A DNA stretch of 28,930 nucleotides, from contig JBFMGU010000134.1 of assembly GCA_040752415.1 (NCBI GenBank), forward strand, positions 1 through 28,930, written 5' to 3'. This document shows positions 8,601 through 17,832 of this stretch, piece by piece; position 1 is the stretch's first letter, and every line of letters starts with the position of its first letter. The notes beneath the pieces were generated by a model. That model was not told where the DNA came from. It was given only the letters and a program-made list of their open reading frames with translations, and did no database searches. The position numbers and the translations under genes were made by a program. Source of the DNA: Myxococcota bacterium. Lineage in GTDB: Bacteria > Myxococcota > JACRCW01.

Positions 8601-10072
8601 CCGGAACCTGCCTGAATCCCGACGGTGGGATCCCGGTGGTGACGGACGGCGGGCCTCTGCTCGACGCGGGGGCTGATGCGGGCACCGTGGTGGACGCCGG
8701 TAACGGGATGGACGCGGGAAACCAGACCGACGCCGGGCTGATGAGCTGCATTGTCGATTCGGATTGCCCGCTGGATAGGTACTGCCAGACCGGCGTCTGT
8801 GTTCCGCGTGAGCAATGCGCCGCCTTCTGCGATCGCGATCGGATGTGCCTCTCGGACTCCTGCGTGGGCAATTCCTGTTTCTGCTGCACCAATGACACCC
8901 AGTGTCCCTCGCTGGACTGCGACGAGACCACCGGGCGCTGCACGCCGCCCGACGGCGGTGGGCCGGATTGCATCACGGATTCCAATTGTCCCTCGGATAG
9001 GTACTGCGACAACGGCGTGTGCGTTCCGCAGCAGGGGTGCGGCAACAGCTGCGACCGCGCGCGCATGTGCATCTCCAACTCCTGCACCGGCAACGTCTGC
9101 AGCAATTGCGTCACCTGCATCAACGACGCCATGTGCCCGACGGGGAACTACTGCTGCCAGCTGGGAGACCCCAATTGCCAGGCCGGGGCCTGCGTGCTGG
9201 CTTGCACCGACAACGCGCAGTGCTGCGACCGCGACACGATGTGCCTCTCCGGCATCTGTGACGAGGGCACACGTACCTGCATCCCGCAGGCGGACGCGGG
9301 TCCCCAGATGCAATGCACCGTGGATTCCGACTGTCCCCTGGACATGTATTGCCAGGGCGGCGTCTGCGTCGCGACGGAGCGCTGCGGCGTGCTGTGCGAC
9401 CGCAACCGCATGTGCGTCTCCGACTCATGCGTGGGCGGGGTGTGCTCCAACTGCGTGAGCTGCACGCAGGACTCCCAGTGCCCGGCGCGCAATTACTGTT
9501 GTCTGAACGGTGAGAACGGCTGCACCGTGGGCTCGTGCACGCCGGATTGCACCGACAACAACGTGTGCTGTGACCGCGACAGCATGTGCACCTCCGGCAT
9601 CTGCGAGGAGACCACCCGCACCTGCCAACCGCAGGCGGACGCGGGCACTCCCGCGCAATGCAACGTGGACCCGGATTGCCCTTCCGACATGTACTGCCTG
9701 GATGGTGCGTGCGTTCCGCGGGAAGCATGCGACGTGCTGTGCGACCGCAATCGCATGTGCATTTCCGATGCGTGCGAGGGCGGGCTGTGCGTGGCGGGCG
9801 TGAACGGGTGCAATCCGGGCTCGTCGGGTGACGCCGGCGCCGATTGCGACGCGGGCATGGATGCCGGTGCGGGGCTGGATGCCGGCGACAACGCGCGTCG
9901 ACGGGATGGTGGACCGGCGAAGCGGGGCAACATCGCGCAGGAGGCGGGCCAGGTGTTGGCGCGGGCCTGCGGGTGCTCCACCACGGAGGGCGGTGCGTCA
10001 CCCGAGATGCTGGTGAGCGCGGGCGCCATGGTGGTCCTGGCCCTGGTGCGTGGTCGTCGGCGCCGCTCGTAG
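5639..10072 (+). CDS. Large surface protein B (paralogue of A): NHL repeats, Ig/PKD-like domain, Cys-rich repeats, MYXO-CTERM
   Basis: ORF 5540-10072. The likely start is TTG at 5639 (MRKQLCVLVMVALTGMSTNARA, GAGGGG upstream). Co-linear with A along its length; tail ARACGCSTTEGGASPEMLVSAGAMVVLALVRGRRRRS. Confidence 0.9.
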   Translation: MRKQLCVLVMVALTGMSTNARAAQDEWTVFSWGNLATGERSGTGYSDGVRKWDCPDTASPESCPVEALFYGPSGIAATVDAVAPNAFPPGGSGQGAVYISESSANIIRKIDLVTGEVTTVAGRYREEGFADGVGANALFRYPTALVLAPGGTSLYVADSGNACIRHIDLTTGEVSTFAGAPGQVGYVDGSAVDARIHTPSGMAYHLPRNELWVTDSYYSTVRAVSVTTQSMTTVAGASDGYADGFGTAALFWAPEDIAISMGGLAFVADRRNTLIRWVDGTGPAGQPCYVGTVDGTRNSVNSLVQAGGLGFDDGQDDGTGTGNRIGEYAIIGNTTRQLLHFIPAQAAPNPINFLSGQGSPGFRDGTGDSAFFSFPSSIASRAGTHYVADTGNDAIRMVEYGGLTRTLAGSAKYRKKYSLTPDGGATPEHTRPEPFDEPRGMTLGMDCNPGPCQPNGQILVVDARQHSLFRIVENDCGDGPQLDVDNIAGSPYETGAAPERRFNGPLDVAVNYQGYIFVSEQGGNTIQRVTPPVDGCDPVAPEQVTWAGVTYVRSMAISADGRDLFVTADRGVYRVSTVDDDNNGIPDNGSVDLVAGGNYEFYDGVGSGAAFRNPQGITRDLSNPNVYYVADGNNYAIRKVEVDPGTGVGTVTTVAGSYYESFWRDGPAAIARFGTVYDVAVDNAGNVYVAEGARIRKIGTDGMVSTIIGGGSNGVLSGTGPDGMLDGAAGILWEPGTGNLYIAEMGNKRIRVAKPALPDRPTINYIRVPVNTPVQLSTAPQNATSFTWDFKRRPTASSAPLLTTAGTQTFTPDRADLYIFRVTMSGNIPGGGPGVTRATVTLDVCDAPRQTDPVCPACGIDEVCAQLTYCCRTGDQWCNLGVCMNCVGAGGTCNRDRQCCSGNCDETIGQCVGDQPDAGGGGPFAQCGDDSGCPLDKYCRNGWCVPREGCGVFCDRNRVCAIDSCVDGLCACCDDDTDCPSGTCDEATGTCLNPDGGIPVVTDGGPLLDAGADAGTVVDAGNGMDAGNQTDAGLMSCIVDSDCPLDRYCQTGVCVPREQCAAFCDRDRMCLSDSCVGNSCFCCTNDTQCPSLDCDETTGRCTPPDGGGPDCITDSNCPSDRYCDNGVCVPQQGCGNSCDRARMCISNSCTGNVCSNCVTCINDAMCPTGNYCCQLGDPNCQAGACVLACTDNAQCCDRDTMCLSGICDEGTRTCIPQADAGPQMQCTVDSDCPLDMYCQGGVCVATERCGVLCDRNRMCVSDSCVGGVCSNCVSCTQDSQCPARNYCCLNGENGCTVGSCTPDCTDNNVCCDRDSMCTSGICEETTRTCQPQADAGTPAQCNVDPDCPSDMYCLDGACVPREACDVLCDRNRMCISDACEGGLCVAGVNGCNPGSSGDAGADCDAGMDAGAGLDAGDNARRRDGGPAKRGNIAQEAGQVLARACGCSTTEGGASPEMLVSAGAMVVLALVRGRRRRS
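8969..9810 (+). repeat. 345-bp higher-order Cys-rich tandem repeat in paralogue B
   Basis: Units begin at 8969, 9314 and 9659, the same period as in A. Confidence 0.85.
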
Positions 10073-10126
10073 AACGACAATTGATGGATGGTTTCTGGTG
10101 ATGAGGGAGGGACGATGGAGTCGTGT

Positions 10127-13126
10127 ATGCGTTCTGGGGTGAAGCGGGTTTCCCTCCTGGGATTGGCCATGGTGTTGGCGGCGTGTCCCGGCCCGGGCAC
10201 GGGGACTCCCGACGAGACGACGGGCACCGACGCGGGAATCTCACGCGTCGACGGGGGAGGGGGCGGTGGCCCCGACGCTGCAACGGCCAACGACGCGGGA
10301 GAGACTGGCGACGCCGGCGCCTCCAATGGAGACGACGCGGGAACCCTGCCCAGCACCGACGGCGGCACGCAGCCCGGTGATGACGCTGGCACGCCGCCTG
10401 GTGACGACGCCGGCACCTCCTCCGATCATGATGGAGGCCTTCTGCCCGGTGACGACGCTGGCACGTGGTCCGACAACGATGGCGGCACGCCGTCCGGAGC
10501 CGACGCCGGCTTCGCCACCGACGGCGGCGAGGCCGACGCGGGGAACACCGTTTTCGAGGAAGGTTCCACGGCGCCGGTGACCATCCGTGCGCACGTGATT
10601 GCCAATGTCACCCAGAACGCGACGGTGCAGTTCACGTCGGGGCTGCGTCGGGAGGAGTCCACGTCCTTCCTGACCAATTCCGACGGAATTGCGGTGCTGT
10701 CGGCCGTGGGTGGCGTGCGCGGGATCGTCACCGCGTGCGGAGGAACGTTCACCAACGAAGCGGACGGAACCACGGCATCCCTGGGCGACGACTGCCTCTT
10801 CGCCGCCGCGGGCGAGGTCTTTGACCAGATGATGGCGGCCGACCTGGTCCTCCCCGCCGAGCCCGCCACGGAGATCCCGGTTGTCCTGACGCCGTTCACC
10901 ACCATCCTGACCAGCTGCAAGAGCAATCCCCTCGGCGCCCTTCTGCCGGATGGCACGGGTTGGGACGCGCGCAACGCCGGCGTCACCAGCCTGACGGTGC
11001 GCGACTCCAACGGTCAGGAAATCAACATCCAGAACACCAATGCCCTGCTTGCGTGGCTGTTGGCGGAGCTTGGCGCGGTGGATCTCACCCAGCTGCCGCC
11101 CAACATCCTGAGCCTGGTGCCGGTGGATTTCAGCAATCCCGCGAATGCATTGGCAATCCAGGCAGCGCGGGATTCTCCCGAAGTTGTCTATGGTTTGCTG
11201 GTCGCGGCCTTTTCCCAGGCGGGGGTGGACCTCAACGCCGGTCCGCTCGGTTACATGGATGCCCTGCGCAAGGACTTCCAGGACTGCCGGTTTGACGGGT
11301 ATGCGCCGGGTGACAACGGGATTGCCAAGGTCGTCACCCTTCCGGGAGGAGCGGCGCTGCCCAACGTGTACGGTACGATGCGGCTCGCCGCGGAGAACTT
11401 CCTGGCCGGCCCCCAGAATGCTTCCGGCACCACTGCCGCGGATTTCACCGCCCTGCTGACGCTGATCGAGATGGGCGAATATGAGCCGGTCACCGGTGCG
11501 CCGCCCACCGTGGAGGTCTTCCCCCTCGACAACAGCATGGTGGCCACCGGCTGCGTGCCCATCTACTACACGCTGAACCAGAACGCCGGTCAGCGCGTGG
11601 ACGTCATGGTGGAATACCGTTTCTTGCCGGACCAGGTGGTGCCGCCCACACCCGAGGAGGTCAGTGCCAACTGGGGTGACTATCTGCTGCGTGCGACGCA
11701 GGCCGGTGCCCCGCCCAATACAACCATCAATGATTTCCACATCACCGGGACCTACGCGCTGGACACCCTCACCGACGGGCCGCAGGGACACCTGTTCTAT
11801 TGGAATGCCCTCCACGACATCCCGCGCGGCTACAACGAGAACACGGTGGCGTGCCAGTACCAGTATCCCGATGGCCCCCTCGAGCGGTGCCGCTACGAGG
11901 GCTCTCTGCTCATCGGTGTCCGCGCGATCATCAACGGCCAGCGTGTGGGCGGGCGCCACATCTATGCGCAGTACGTGGACTTCAACCGCGCTGAGAACGT
12001 CACGTGCCCGGAAGCCACGGGCAGCGTGGTCAACCTGGAGGGAGGCACGCGCGGCCAGGCCGCCGTGGCGGGCGACTTCAATGGCGACGGGAAGCACGAC
12101 ATCGCGGTGGTAGCGGACGCGCCGGGCAACTCCCTGGTGCAGTTGGGGGGGCACGGCGACGGCCAGTTCAGTGTCCGCTCCCTGCCTTTGAGCGGCGCGC
12201 CCACCGACGTTGCCGCGGCGGACATCGACCTGGACGGGTTCCAGGACGTGGTGGTGCTCTCTGGTTCGGGCGCCCTCCTGTTTTACCGGGGTGGACCCGA
12301 CGGCCTGGCGTTCAGCACCGAGACGGCGGCAGAAGCGGGGGGCACCATGCTGGCCCTGGGCGACATCAACGGCGACCTGCGTCCCGACGTGTCGGTCATC
12401 TACCCCAGCCGCTGGGTCCGGCTGTTCCAGGGACACGGTGACGGAACGTTCACTGAAAGGGCCGCGCCCGCCACGCCCGGGACGCCTTCCGACGTCGGGA
12501 TGGGAGACCTGGATGGCAACGGGACCGACGAGGTGGTGGTGGTGCACTCCGACTCCGACACGCTCATGGGCCTGGAGATCAGGAACGGCACGCTCCTCAT
12601 CCACGTGGCGGACCGGACTCGCGGCACGGGTCTCGCCGTGGGTCACCTCTATGGAGAGAACACCTATGACCGCACGATCATGGAGGTCCTGGTGGCACGC
12701 GCGGACGGCGCCGCGGTGCAATGGACGGGGACGGTCGTGGACCCATACACCCACGTGATCGGCGACGCGTTCAACTCGTTCGTCTACCCGGGGCAGGATC
12801 TGGCTACCACCGGTTTCATTCCCACGAAGGTGGCGGTGGCCACCTTTGCGGGCAACATGTTCGGGGCCAACGGGCCCGGCTACAGCAATCATCACGAACA
12901 CCGGAAGATCGCCGCCATCAGCACCGCCAACGACACCATGCTCGTCTTCAAGTTCGACATCTACAGCTACGGTTACGTGCTCGACGAGACGATCCCCGTG
13001 GGTGACGAGCCGGTGGACGTGGTGGCACTGGATGCCAACCACGACGGCATCCCGGACCTGGCCACGGTGAACCGCGCGGGTGGGTCGGTGACGGTGGTGC
13101 TGGGTACCAAGGCCGACGACCAATGA
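10127..13126 (+). CDS. Lipoprotein C: DAG-rich stalk, conserved uncharacterised core, Ig-like domain, FG-GAP/VCBS repeats
   Basis: Start is ATG 10127 (GGAG 6 nt upstream) or 10115. Lipobox LAAC; FG-GAP-like motifs GDFNGDGKHDIAV, ADIDLDGFQDVVV, GDINGDLRPDVSV, GDLDGNGTDEVVV, LDANHDGIPDLAT. Confidence 0.88.
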   Translation: MRSGVKRVSLLGLAMVLAACPGPGTGTPDETTGTDAGISRVDGGGGGGPDAATANDAGETGDAGASNGDDAGTLPSTDGGTQPGDDAGTPPGDDAGTSSDHDGGLLPGDDAGTWSDNDGGTPSGADAGFATDGGEADAGNTVFEEGSTAPVTIRAHVIANVTQNATVQFTSGLRREESTSFLTNSDGIAVLSAVGGVRGIVTACGGTFTNEADGTTASLGDDCLFAAAGEVFDQMMAADLVLPAEPATEIPVVLTPFTTILTSCKSNPLGALLPDGTGWDARNAGVTSLTVRDSNGQEINIQNTNALLAWLLAELGAVDLTQLPPNILSLVPVDFSNPANALAIQAARDSPEVVYGLLVAAFSQAGVDLNAGPLGYMDALRKDFQDCRFDGYAPGDNGIAKVVTLPGGAALPNVYGTMRLAAENFLAGPQNASGTTAADFTALLTLIEMGEYEPVTGAPPTVEVFPLDNSMVATGCVPIYYTLNQNAGQRVDVMVEYRFLPDQVVPPTPEEVSANWGDYLLRATQAGAPPNTTINDFHITGTYALDTLTDGPQGHLFYWNALHDIPRGYNENTVACQYQYPDGPLERCRYEGSLLIGVRAIINGQRVGGRHIYAQYVDFNRAENVTCPEATGSVVNLEGGTRGQAAVAGDFNGDGKHDIAVVADAPGNSLVQLGGHGDGQFSVRSLPLSGAPTDVAAADIDLDGFQDVVVLSGSGALLFYRGGPDGLAFSTETAAEAGGTMLALGDINGDLRPDVSVIYPSRWVRLFQGHGDGTFTERAAPATPGTPSDVGMGDLDGNGTDEVVVVHSDSDTLMGLEIRNGTLLIHVADRTRGTGLAVGHLYGENTYDRTIMEVLVARADGAAVQWTGTVVDPYTHVIGDAFNSFVYPGQDLATTGFIPTKVAVATFAGNMFGANGPGYSNHHEHRKIAAISTANDTMLVFKFDIYSYGYVLDETIPVGDEPVDVVALDANHDGIPDLATVNRAGGSVTVVLGTKADDQ

Positions 13127-13164
13127 GATAGGGTTGGATTAGCACGCTCCCGGAGGACCCCGCC

Positions 13165-14805
13165 TTGGCCCCCAAACGCCCCGCAATCCTGGACGGTCGC
13201 TACGAGCTGCAGGAGCTCCTGGGACGGGGCGGCATGGGCAAGGTCTACCGCGCCATGCAACTGGGCACGGAACGCGCCGTGGCGGTCAAGCTGCTCGACG
13301 CCGACAGCGAGGAGCTGCAGGAGCGTTTCCGTCGGGAGGCCAAGCTCACCGCGCTCCTGGAGCACCCCAACGCCGTCCGGGTCTACGACTTCGGGGTCAG
13401 CGAGGAGGGCCAGCCCTACCTGGCCATGGAGCTGCTGCGGGGTGTCGAGCTGTCCAAGGAGATCCGGCAGCACGGCAAGCTGGAGCTGGAGCGCGCGGTG
13501 GACGTTGCCTGTCAGGTCCTGCAGGCGCTGCACCACGCGCACCAGAAAGGCGTCATCCACCGCGACATCAAACCCGCCAACATCTTCCTGCACCGCGACG
13601 AGTCCGGGCGTGAAACCGTCAAGGTGATGGACTTTGGAATTGCGCGGTTGTCGCAACGGGAGGCCACGAACCTGACGGTGACCGGCGCGGTGATTGGCAC
13701 GCCCTCGTACATGTCGCCGGAGCAGGCGCAGGGCGAGGCGGTCGATCGTCGAACCGATATCTATTCGGTGGGCGTGGTCTTCTTCCAGATGCTCACCGGT
13801 CACACGCCGTACAAGGCGGACACGCCGGTGGCGTTGGCCATGAAGCTCATCCAGGAGCCCACGCCCTCACTGACGCCGCTGCGCCCGGACCTGGCCAAGC
13901 GTTCCGACGTGCAGCGCACGCTGGATTGCCTGATGGCCAAGCAAGCCGCGGAACGTCCCGCCGACGCGCAGGAGGCCATCAAGCTGCTGCAGGCCCTGGT
14001 GGATCCCACGGCCACCGCCCGCTTCACCCGCATTGCGCCGAGCCTGGTGAAGGACGACACCGTCAGCGTCACGCGCACCGCGGTGCCCGCGGGTGACACG
14101 CAGCTGCTGCCTCCCTCGCTCCCCAGTGTGCAGACCGTGCCGGACCGCACCGAGGAATGGCGACCCAGCACGGTGGAGGTGGACCTCGCCAGCCAGCTGG
14201 TTTCCCGGGAAACCGCGCCGGGGCTGCCCAAGCCGGTGGCCAGTGTGCCGTCGTCGGGTAACGCGGGCGCAGCGTCGTCCGGAGCGTCGCGCGGGCGGGG
14301 GTTGTTCGGGGGCATGGCCGTGGGGCTCGTCCTGGTGGTGGCGGGTTATGGCTGGCTGTCGCACAAGCAGACGCCTCGGGCCGCCGCCGTGGAGCTCAGG
14401 CCCGCGCCGGTGGACGTGGCTCCGCCGCTCCCGGTGGCCGCGCCCGCGCCGGTTGCGCCAACTCCCACGCCGCCACCAGCGCCACAGCCGCCGCCCGCGG
14501 CCCCCACGACGACGAGCGTGGAGGTCCGGAGCGAGCCGCCCGGTGCGGTGGTGGAGTTGGAGGGCAGCCGCAAGGGAATCACGCCGATGCGGCTGCAGGT
14601 GGCGACGAGCGCCGGGGTGTTGTCCCTGCGCGTCCACCGTGAGGGCTATCGCGCGGCCACGGTGGTGGTGGACTCGCAAAAACAGCGCGTCGTGGACGTG
14701 ACGCTGGTGGCGGAAAAGAAACCATCAGCCAATTCCGCGTCCCGACCAGAAACCAAAGCCGCGCCTTCGCAGAAGGGGACGGCGCTGGAGCTGGAAGAGT
14801 TCTGA
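13165..14805 (+). CDS. Membrane Hanks-type Ser/Thr protein kinase with C-terminal PEGA domain
   Basis: Kinase motifs GRGGMGKV, VAVK, HRDIKPAN, DFG, GTPSYMSPEQ, DIYSVG. TM segment GLFGGMAVGLVLVVAGYGWL, Pro-rich linker, PEGA VEVRSEPPGAVVELEG..GITP. TTG start with GGAGGA RBS. Confidence 0.95.
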   Translation: MAPKRPAILDGRYELQELLGRGGMGKVYRAMQLGTERAVAVKLLDADSEELQERFRREAKLTALLEHPNAVRVYDFGVSEEGQPYLAMELLRGVELSKEIRQHGKLELERAVDVACQVLQALHHAHQKGVIHRDIKPANIFLHRDESGRETVKVMDFGIARLSQREATNLTVTGAVIGTPSYMSPEQAQGEAVDRRTDIYSVGVVFFQMLTGHTPYKADTPVALAMKLIQEPTPSLTPLRPDLAKRSDVQRTLDCLMAKQAAERPADAQEAIKLLQALVDPTATARFTRIAPSLVKDDTVSVTRTAVPAGDTQLLPPSLPSVQTVPDRTEEWRPSTVEVDLASQLVSRETAPGLPKPVASVPSSGNAGAASSGASRGRGLFGGMAVGLVLVVAGYGWLSHKQTPRAAAVELRPAPVDVAPPLPVAAPAPVAPTPTPPPAPQPPPAAPTTTSVEVRSEPPGAVVELEGSRKGITPMRLQVATSAGVLSLRVHREGYRAATVVVDSQKQRVVDVTLVAEKKPSANSASRPETKAAPSQKGTALELEEF

Positions 14806-14849
14806 GAAGAGCCGTGGGCGTGTGAACCCGGGTGAGAGGGGTGGTTCAA

Positions 14850-17702
14850 ATGGGGTTGGTGTGTCGGCTGCGGTCGGTGGTGTCCGTGGGAGTGCTCTTG
14901 CTCGCCCAGGCGTGCGAGGGATGTGGGACGGGTGGCGGCGACGACGCCGGCGGAACCGGAAGGGTAGACGCCGCGGTGACGTCGCTGGACGCGGCCGTGC
15001 GGGATGACGCCGGCGGGCAGGAGGACGGTTCCGTGACGCAGGCGGACGCCGCGGTGGCGGGGGATGCGGCCGTGACCACCCGTGACGCCGCTATCCTGGC
15101 CGACGCCTCCACGGGGACCGACGCGGGTGGAATCTCCGACGACGCAGGTCGGTCCGACGGCGGAACGCAGGTTCACGATGCAGGGAGTGCGGATGCCGCC
15201 CGCGGCATGGACGCCGGCGAGACCGACAGTGGTGTTCCGGCGGGTGACGCGGGTCCGCTGTTCCTGCCGCTGCCTGCGGAGACGGTCACCATCACCGGGC
15301 GCGTGGTCGACGACGCGGTGGCAGGTGCCACCGTGGTGTGCGTCTCCGTTCCCGGCGGAACCGCGGCGGGTGGGACGGCCACCACCGGCGCCTCCGGGGA
15401 ATTCGCCATCAGTGCCGCTCTCAACAGCGCAGTGATCGTGGCGGCGGGAGGTGGAAGCTTCACCGGCCTTGATGGCACCGAGCACGATCAGGGGTCCGTG
15501 TCTGCAGACGCCCTGAGCGCGGGGCCATTTGCGGCGCACACCCTCACAGCGCTGGCGCTGGTCTCGTCCGCGGACGAGATTCTCAACGTGACGCCGTGGA
15601 GCACCATTGGCGGCGTGCGCGACGCGGTGATGCTGGGCTACAGCGGAGCGATGGTGGCCGCCGGTGGTGGCAACTTCTTTTCGGCGGGACCGGGGCTTCT
15701 CGGCGCGGATCTCCTGGGTGGCACGGGTGTCGTCGACGCCATCACCCTGGGAAGCATCATCGACGCAGCAGCCGCAGGAGGCGTGGACCCGCCCGCGACG
15801 ACGGAGGTGACCAGCACCAGCTTCCACACCAGCCAGCTCCTGGCGGAGTTTGGCGTGGCACCCATTACCGACCTCACCGCCCCCCTTTCCATCGATCCCT
15901 TTGACCTTACCGACGCCACGCAGGCCACGGACATCCAATCCAATCCCGCCTCACCGCGCGTGAAGCTTGGGCTGCTCAATGCCGCGCTAGCGCAGGCCGC
16001 GCTGACCCTGGGCGTGTCCCATCCGCTGGACCTTGTGGATGCGCTCAAGCTGGACTTCATGGACGGGGTGCTCGACGGAAAGGTGGGTTCCGTTCCGATC
16101 CCGTTGCCCAACAACATCACGCTGCCACCCAACCTGACGACGACCATCCTGGCGCAGGCGGCGCGGGACTTCCTCACCGGTGGCTACAACACCTCGGGGC
16201 TGGGAATCGCGGACTTCACGGAAATGATTGCCGCTTTGGAACGCGAGGACTTTGTTTCCGCCGACATCAGCCCGCCGGTGGTGGGCGGTCCGTTGCTGGA
16301 GGCTCCCACCAGTGGCTGCGTCAACATCGGTTTCACGCTGCGTCAGCCCGGGAACCGGCGCGTGGATGTGCTGGTGGAGTTTGACGAGGGCAATGGTTTC
16401 CAGCGCGCCACCCAGGCCAATGCGGAACCTGGCGCCACGGCGATGGGCGCGGGAATCCACGGCGTGCGTCGCCTGGCCACGGGTTTCACGCCCGCGGAAC
16501 ACGTCTTCCTCTGGAATGCCACCAACGACATCACCGCCACCGACGTGGTCACGGTCAACATCCGCATCACGGCGTTCCTGGAGGGACGGGCGTCGCCAAG
16601 CGTGGCCACCGGCTCGCTGCAGTTCGACCCCGCTCTCCCCGCCTGTCCCACGGCGTTCGGTCAGCTCATCAGCCTTGGCGGCAGCTTTGCGGATGTGAGG
16701 GCGGGCGACTTCAATGGCGACGGCAAGTTGGACGTGGCGGTGGCGGATAGCGCGTTGAGCAAGCTGCGCGTCTTCCTGGGACATGGCAGCGGACAGTTCA
16801 CCGCCTCCGAGCTGACCGCGCAGCTCGGCCCCGTCGCTCTGGACGTGGGCGACGTGAACCACGATGGCGTGGACGACGTGGCGGTGGCCAGCCTGGGACT
16901 CAACGGAAAGGTGCAGCTCTTCCTGGGGGGCGCCGACGGCCTGACACCGGGCGGTGTGGCGGACACCTGCCAGGGAACCTCTGACGTGGCGCTGGGAGAT
17001 CTCGACGGAGACCTGCACCGCGACGTCGCCGTGACCTGTTCCACCGCCAACCAGGTGGCGCTCTTCCGCGGGGATGGATCCGGCGCCGTCTCGTTGGCGC
17101 TGCGGGTTCCCACGCTGGCGGCTCCGAGCTCCATTGCCGCGGGAGACTTCAACAACGACGGCGCCGCGGAATTCGTGGTTGCCCACGATGATGCCAATAC
17201 CGTCCTCTTCCTCACCGTCCCCTCGTCACAGGTGGTGAAGCAGGAGGCGCTGTCCAACAATGCGCACAATCGCGTGGAGGTGTTTGACCTGGACCAGGAT
17301 GGTCGGCCGGAGTTGCTGCTGACGGACTACGCGCCGAGCAGCGGCAACGGCAGCGTGCTGGACATCCAGCGATACAACCGAGACCTGACGCTGGATTGGG
17401 GAATCACCCGGACCCTCACCGAGGATGCGCCGTTGGTAACCGCGGGGGATTTCACAGGGGATGACTACACGGACTACCTGCTGGTCGGCTTCCAGTCCTC
17501 AGACCTTGAGGTTGGGATCGGGGACCCGGCGACGCCGCTAATCTTCTCGCTGTCCACACAATCGAGCCCCGTGGATCGGTGTGCCGGAATCGTCGCTGCT
17601 GATTTCAATTCGGATGGCATGCTCGATCTCGTCTGTGCTCAGGTGAATGGGTATTTGCTTTCGGCACAGGGCTTTGGTGGCGGAGTTTTTGCGTGGGAGT
17701 GA
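14850..17702 (+). CDS. Lipoprotein D (paralogue of C and E) with FG-GAP/VCBS repeats
   Basis: ORF 14832-17702, likely ATG 14850 after GAGAGGGG. Signal ..VGVLLLAQAC; DAG/DAA stalk; core LGLLNAALAQAA..DALKLDFMDGVLDG; FG-GAP motifs GDFNGDGKLDVAV, GDVNHDGVDDVAV, ADFNSDGMLDLV. Confidence 0.88.
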   Translation: MGLVCRLRSVVSVGVLLLAQACEGCGTGGGDDAGGTGRVDAAVTSLDAAVRDDAGGQEDGSVTQADAAVAGDAAVTTRDAAILADASTGTDAGGISDDAGRSDGGTQVHDAGSADAARGMDAGETDSGVPAGDAGPLFLPLPAETVTITGRVVDDAVAGATVVCVSVPGGTAAGGTATTGASGEFAISAALNSAVIVAAGGGSFTGLDGTEHDQGSVSADALSAGPFAAHTLTALALVSSADEILNVTPWSTIGGVRDAVMLGYSGAMVAAGGGNFFSAGPGLLGADLLGGTGVVDAITLGSIIDAAAAGGVDPPATTEVTSTSFHTSQLLAEFGVAPITDLTAPLSIDPFDLTDATQATDIQSNPASPRVKLGLLNAALAQAALTLGVSHPLDLVDALKLDFMDGVLDGKVGSVPIPLPNNITLPPNLTTTILAQAARDFLTGGYNTSGLGIADFTEMIAALEREDFVSADISPPVVGGPLLEAPTSGCVNIGFTLRQPGNRRVDVLVEFDEGNGFQRATQANAEPGATAMGAGIHGVRRLATGFTPAEHVFLWNATNDITATDVVTVNIRITAFLEGRASPSVATGSLQFDPALPACPTAFGQLISLGGSFADVRAGDFNGDGKLDVAVADSALSKLRVFLGHGSGQFTASELTAQLGPVALDVGDVNHDGVDDVAVASLGLNGKVQLFLGGADGLTPGGVADTCQGTSDVALGDLDGDLHRDVAVTCSTANQVALFRGDGSGAVSLALRVPTLAAPSSIAAGDFNNDGAAEFVVAHDDANTVLFLTVPSSQVVKQEALSNNAHNRVEVFDLDQDGRPELLLTDYAPSSGNGSVLDIQRYNRDLTLDWGITRTLTEDAPLVTAGDFTGDDYTDYLLVGFQSSDLEVGIGDPATPLIFSLSTQSSPVDRCAGIVAADFNSDGMLDLVCAQVNGYLLSAQGFGGGVFAWE

Positions 17703-17832
17703 TGCGGGCATCCCACGTTGCCCGAGGCGCCTGTCCAGACTCTGGTGATTGGATCACTGCAGTTTCCTCGCCCGCGCTCCTGCGTGCGAGGGCGTCAAGT
17801 GCGCGTCCACCGCGCAGAAGGGATTGGGCAAC

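Noticed and set aside
3415..9830. Cys-rich regions as multiheme cytochromes or Fe-S proteins
   Set aside because: No CxxCH motifs were seen. The proteins are exported and the spacing fits disulfide-rich repeats.
979..10072. A/B similarity as a diversity-generating retroelement template/variable pair
   Set aside because: There is no reverse transcriptase in the window, the differences are not adenine-specific, and both copies are complete genes.
13124..17749. TGA read-through fusing C to the kinase or D to E
   Set aside because: The downstream genes are in different frames and have their own RBS and start codons.
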